Assembly: GCA_002633005.1 (NCBI GenBank)
Contig: NMRA01000780.1
Location: 62,001 to 126,000, forward strand
DNA from: Phoronis australis
Lineage: Eukaryota; Animalia; Phoronida
DNA: 64,000 nucleotides
Direction of reading: 5' to 3'
Position numbers and translations under genes: made by a program. The notes beneath the pieces are model-generated. The model saw nothing but the letters and a program-made list of their open reading frames with translations, searched no databases and was not told where the DNA came from. Shown in pieces: positions 59,284-64,000 of this stretch; position 1 is the first letter of the stretch; each line of letters begins with the position of its first letter.

Positions 59284-61925
59284 GTGCGTTGTACATGTAC
59301 TTTAGCGCGCCTTGTGCACTGCGGTTTCCGGCGTCTGTGTTCGTTAACATAAAAATAAAAGAAGTGGTTACTTTTTTAGATCTTTCAACGGTGGAGTGAT
59401 ACATGGTAATCCCGCGTAACAGATCGTACAACGTTTTCCCACTGAGTTTCGGACCACTCTCGATGAAACCTTGATCTCATCTCTAAAGAGCCTTTTGGCT
59501 GAAGCCTTAAAGCAATTGCGAGCCCCCCCCCCTCGCCTTCCCCCCTCACAACATACATCTTTTGATATAGAGCTTATTTCGATCGAAGTTGGTTTAAAAG
59601 GTTCCAGTGGGTGTGATGTCAGAGCGTCAGAAGAACTCGGACAGTTCATTACTAGAGACCAGGCTGTGGAATGAGTTGACTTTTCGCGTGCCATTCGAGC
59701 GGAACATACATGATGTCGAAGTAGAACGTAGTTCACTGAGAAATCAATTCTCGGAGTTAAGAACACATTGAGGCCAATATTATTCCTCAAATAGGTCTAA
59801 ATCAAAGTTGGTGTCATTTCTTGGTCGAATGGAACGTGGGTTTATAACATGACGGACATTTCTAAATTAACATCAAGAACTAAGGTGGTGGCAATAGTCG
59901 CATACAGTGGTCCCGGATTTTGAGAATGAATTTTATAAATGGAATTCTCCCACTGGGGAATTCTCCCACTGGAGAAGATTGGTTGTCATGACGCAGGGTC
60001 CCTATAGGCGACTAGCACCCAAAAGTCTAGGGCTGAACTGTCGGAAGATTCCCTTCATTTTCCTTCAGCATCGAATATCTATAATCTTCATTGGCTAAAA
60101 ACTGCTCAGGTAGCATGACATGTGACCCCCATTCATTAGGAAAAGCCAATGGAAGCACGGAAGGCCAACGCATGCACTCCTTGTCATTACTTAACTTTTT
60201 ATTTTCTCCAAAAGTGTCAGTTTTCCAAGACAATGTCCAACAGACCTGCTTGGGAAAAGTACTCGTGACAACTGAAAAACGGAAATTCTTAATTAGTAAA
60301 AATGAAGGAGTAATTAATAGCCGATTATTTATTGAACAAAATCAACAATAGTGTAATAATAATCTCCACCGTACCAATATAATTTCCATATCAAAGTATA
60401 TAACAGAAATATCCAAAATTTTCACCATGTACCTCGAAAAAAATGAAGGACAAATTAAATTTACATTTTAACTATGACAGTCTTTGCACAGATCTTCATA
60501 ACAAATCTTGGCACAGCCAAAATCTATTTCCAAAGGGCATAACTTTATTTTCCTACATGCTCAGCATAAACCACTACCTAATACATAATAAGTCTATTTT
60601 ATACCAGTGCAGTAAACTGCCTTCCAATCAATGAATATAAACCAACTGCCTTGACCACTGCTGCCGCATGTTTTAACTACATGTTGTATCTCAACAACCA
60701 AGTCTAATTGAAAGTTCAGTGACCCCTTGCATAAAATAGTCCCAAATACAGTCCCAAATACGGAGTCAACTAAGTTCCCTAAATCTACTGGGTATTTGTG
60801 TATTTGTAAAAGCACTGATCGCCCTTTCTTATGATGTTTGAGTGACATTACTATGTCATTCTTTGGCTTTGATACAAATTGAGAGTGAACTCTGCATTGA
60901 ATTCTCAATATTATTGACAATAAGTACATGTAGGGATCTTTTCATGCAACGCACCTAATTTAATGGCCAAGTCACTGATTATTATGAGTCAATTAAGGGC
61001 TCAGTGATTAGTTAAAATTAGAAAAGCCCTAAGTCTAAGAGGAGCTCATAATAAAGATAAAAAAATAGAAAAATATTACATCTGTGAGTAAAGAATAAGC
61101 AAAAGATTCAGGGAACTTAGTAGAGTCCTTATTTAGTACTGTTTCATGCAACCAAGCACAGTAAAACACAAAATGGTCAGTAAATGCTTAGATGAGAGAT
61201 AGGTGGAGCTGCTTGTCTTTACTTAAAGTCTATTATAGTGAACAACTAGTCGACATTCACTTGCTAGTGCTAATGAATAAAGGTCCACCTTTTTAGCTTG
61301 TGAATTAGCTAACAACAAAAAGCAGGTCAGCATTCTCCATACGATAAAGGTGTCACCTGACATGTCTAGTCTACGGGACAGACTGATGTTACACTAACCT
61401 TCCCTAGTGAATTTTGAGACATTCAAGGAGACAGAATCGTTACCAATCCACAGTCAAAAGTGACACGATCAATGACAAATAATATATTAAATCTGCAAAC
61501 ACAAGTCAGTCAGCAATTTTCAAGCAAAACAAAGGAGACATTCGACCATCGACTCCAGATCCACAGCAATGACCACAAACCTGTTGTGCAACAGGTGGCA
61601 TAATGACGTTCCTAATTCTGAACAAGAATCCCTCATGTGACCATACATCCAGCCAGGAGCTAAAAACATTCAGGCTCTGAGAGTTATCAATAGTCTGGTT
61701 GAATGGTTGAAAACTATATTTACTCTGCAACTCTAACCTTGCTGAACCATTCAGCAACGTTGGTAGAATTTTCCACCCTGATTTTTTTCCCGTTTTATTT
61801 TACTAATGCACCCTAGCACAGTAAAAAATAATTTAAATTGTGTAACAAATTTTGATTAATTGAAGTGCCCCCTCCCCCCCCCCACCCCCTCCCTTCCTGA
61901 AGCCAGACAAATCCTCATCACCTGA

Positions 61926-64000
61926 CTACTTCCGAGACTCTCCAAGAATACGGAGAATATAGAGGAAGAGGTTGATGATGTCAAGGTAGAGGTCAATCGA
62001 TGCCAGGATGTACTCCTCAGGCGACAGTCGGTGCATGATCATGTGAGTGTCGTAGATGATGAAGAGTGAGAAGATCACAGCACCACCTATGGAGATGGCC
62101 TTCTGCATCAATGGACTTGGAAAGAAAACCTGAACAAAGAAGTCGGGAATTAAATATGGCTTTACAAACAAATCAAAATTTTTAAATGAGCAGTATTTCA
62201 TGCAGCTTAGATGGTATAATCACTACTTACTTTCAATCATTATAAGTGCTTTTATTGCTAGTGTGATTATTACTATTATTATTATTATTATCATTATTAT
62301 CACTATTGGCATTATATTATCATTACTATTACTGTTTCCACTACTATTACTATTATTAACTACTATTGCTCCTATTACTATTATTATGATATTATCATTA
62401 TAATTACACGTCTAATCATTGGTATTGTACATTACAGTACCTGCAGCATGCCAGCAATTATTAATATCCACAAAACAGCAAACAACCTGGAAAAAAACAA
62501 AGATTGTCAGGATATAAACATTAATTTCAGTTACCAGCTAAAGACAGCGGAGTATCATTTCAGACCAAGACCATAACTAACTGCAGACAAGAGCCATGTG
62601 GAAAGTTTAAATGCATCCACAATAGCACCCCAAATGGTACTGTATGCGTCTAGGGGTGTTTATCACAGCCATTAGATGGTGGGAATATGCTGAATGCATT
62701 CAGAAGTGGAGAGGTGTAGTTGTCCCATAAACTGAACAATATTTGCTAAATTTCATGAAAATCCATCAAGGAACTCCAAAGATAACAGAGGTGAATGAAA
62801 AAAATTTCCATTGCTATGTAAAGCGTAAGACTGAGCCAAGCATTTGTTGTTAATTTGTTAAGAATAAACTTGACAAAATTCAAAAAGACCTTGAAAGGGA
62901 GTAGAGAAGATACGACAGAAAAGAACACTGGGGGACACCACAGTAGCTGGACATATCTGAAAATTCACCTCAGTGTGTCTGAAAGATTTGGCATATACAT
63001 TCTTGGCCAAACAACTCAAAAATAATAAAAGTGGCCACTAGGTGTTGCAGAGTACATCAAATTCATCCTGTCGTGTTCATAATAGCAACTTGTTAAGCAA
63101 ATTTCATGAACTACCATCAAAAAACTGACGATACCAAAGCACACAATATAAAAACGAAAATTGCCACTAGGAGGCACAGCATTAGTTGGACCGGTTCAAA
63201 ATCTGTCCTCATCTGTCGTCAGCTTCATAGGCACACATGTGTCAAATCTCATTAAGATCCAGCAAAGCATAGGAGATACAGCAGCGGGTTCTGGACGCCC
63301 AGACAAAGATCAGAGCAATATGCGACATGCGCCCAAATGTGGGAGCATTACAAGTAATATAAATGTTAAAACTACTGACGACATAAACACTTGTGTAACC
63401 TTGCAAGGTTAACAACCATTCCTTGTATAGCTGAAAGTCAATTTAAGTGATCACAGAACGGTATTGATTAACCAGTAATAAATGCAAATCAGTACCTCGA
63501 AGTTGCATGGTGACACTTTTTATTTCACATCTTATTTAAAGTTATATTGGGTGCTGCATTGGCAGGTCAAGAACGGCTAACTTCAAAATATAAGTAAAAG
63601 CAAGAACGAAACAGTGTAATGAGCCAAAGGCAATACCCATGAGCTCCACTCTCACCATTATATCCACAGAAATCAAGAAGTGTAACTTAACTTAAAGCAC
63701 AATGAAACTTGCCAATGCCTGAAACAGAATGACCCAAGGTAGTAGCCAAATTACCCAATCAGCACCCAGTACACCTTCAAATAATATGCATTACATTTAT
63801 TCCTTCCCACTATACCAGGCTTTGTATAATTTTTGCTATTCAATTTGAATGACAATGAAAGGCTGATGCAATACATAAACACAATATTGCCTGGCAGTAA
63901 TAAAACAGTCAGATAATATTCTTCATAGTTACCCAGCTCCCATTAATGAGAAGTCCCGTTTGCTCTGAAGAGTGTAGACTGTGAGAGCCACTGCAACAGC
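61926..64000 (-). CDS. TMBIM4: TMBIM4 / Lifeguard 4 (GAAP, Bax inhibitor-1 family), last three coding exons; gene continues beyond right edge
   Basis: Exons >64000-63933 (ALTVYTLQSKRDFSLMGAG), 62486-62441 (LFAVLWILIIAGMLQ) and 62129-61926 (..FIIYDTHMIMHRLSPEEYILASIDLYLDIINLFLYILRIL..) have consistent phases. SPEEY and YLDIINLF are family motifs. Candidate polyA signal on the minus strand near 60328. Confidence 0.94.
62264..62403. repeat. Degenerate (ATT/ACT)n microsatellite in TMBIM4 intron
   Basis: Direct reading; it creates the spurious Ile/Leu-rich ORF 62200-62403. Confidence 0.9.
62745..63260. repeat. Dispersed repeat with degenerate tandem units in TMBIM4 intron; homologous unit at 53110-53220
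   Basis: Recurrent AAATTTCATGAA and GCCACTAGG blocks; 63150-63260 aligns with 53110-53220 (GCCACTAGG...GTC-GCTTCATAGG-CACA). Confidence 0.65.

Noticed and set aside
62200-62403. Hydrophobic membrane-protein ORF
   Set aside because: It is the translation of an (ATT)n microsatellite antisense to a TMBIM4 intron.

Overview
This is eukaryotic (metazoan, probably marine invertebrate) genomic DNA. It is AT-rich, has GT-AG spliceosomal introns, and carries four single-N contig joins (12781, 20888, 26725, 51347). Gene models read by hand, left to right: (1) a minus-strand DEG/ENaC channel gene whose homology stops after three exons; (2) a complete 5-exon Rab43/Rab19 gene (minus, 211 aa); (3) head-to-head with it, the first of three tandem 2-exon, Cys-rich caveolin genes (plus; 143, 132 and 133 aa); (4) a small secreted acidic protein with two EF-hands (minus, 171 aa); (5) an intronless class A GPCR that has lost most activation motifs (plus, 519 aa); (6) the 3' exons of TMBIM4/Lifeguard-4 (minus, continues past the right edge). 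Intergenic DNA holds a Penelope GIY-YIG relic with a degenerate hammerhead ribozyme, a separate inverted pair of hammerhead-like cassettes, MITEs with 5-bp target-site duplications (one nested), tRNA-derived SINE heads, foldback repeats and an array of TTACG-N(1-2)-CGTAA palindromes. Two apparent tandem duplications flank N gaps and look like haplotype or assembly artefacts. I found no CRISPR, rRNA, intact tRNA or prokaryote-type system. The best leads are the Rab43-caveolin locus, the atypical GPCR, the truncated DEG/ENaC gene and the hammerhead cassettes. All coordinates were read manually and no database search was run.
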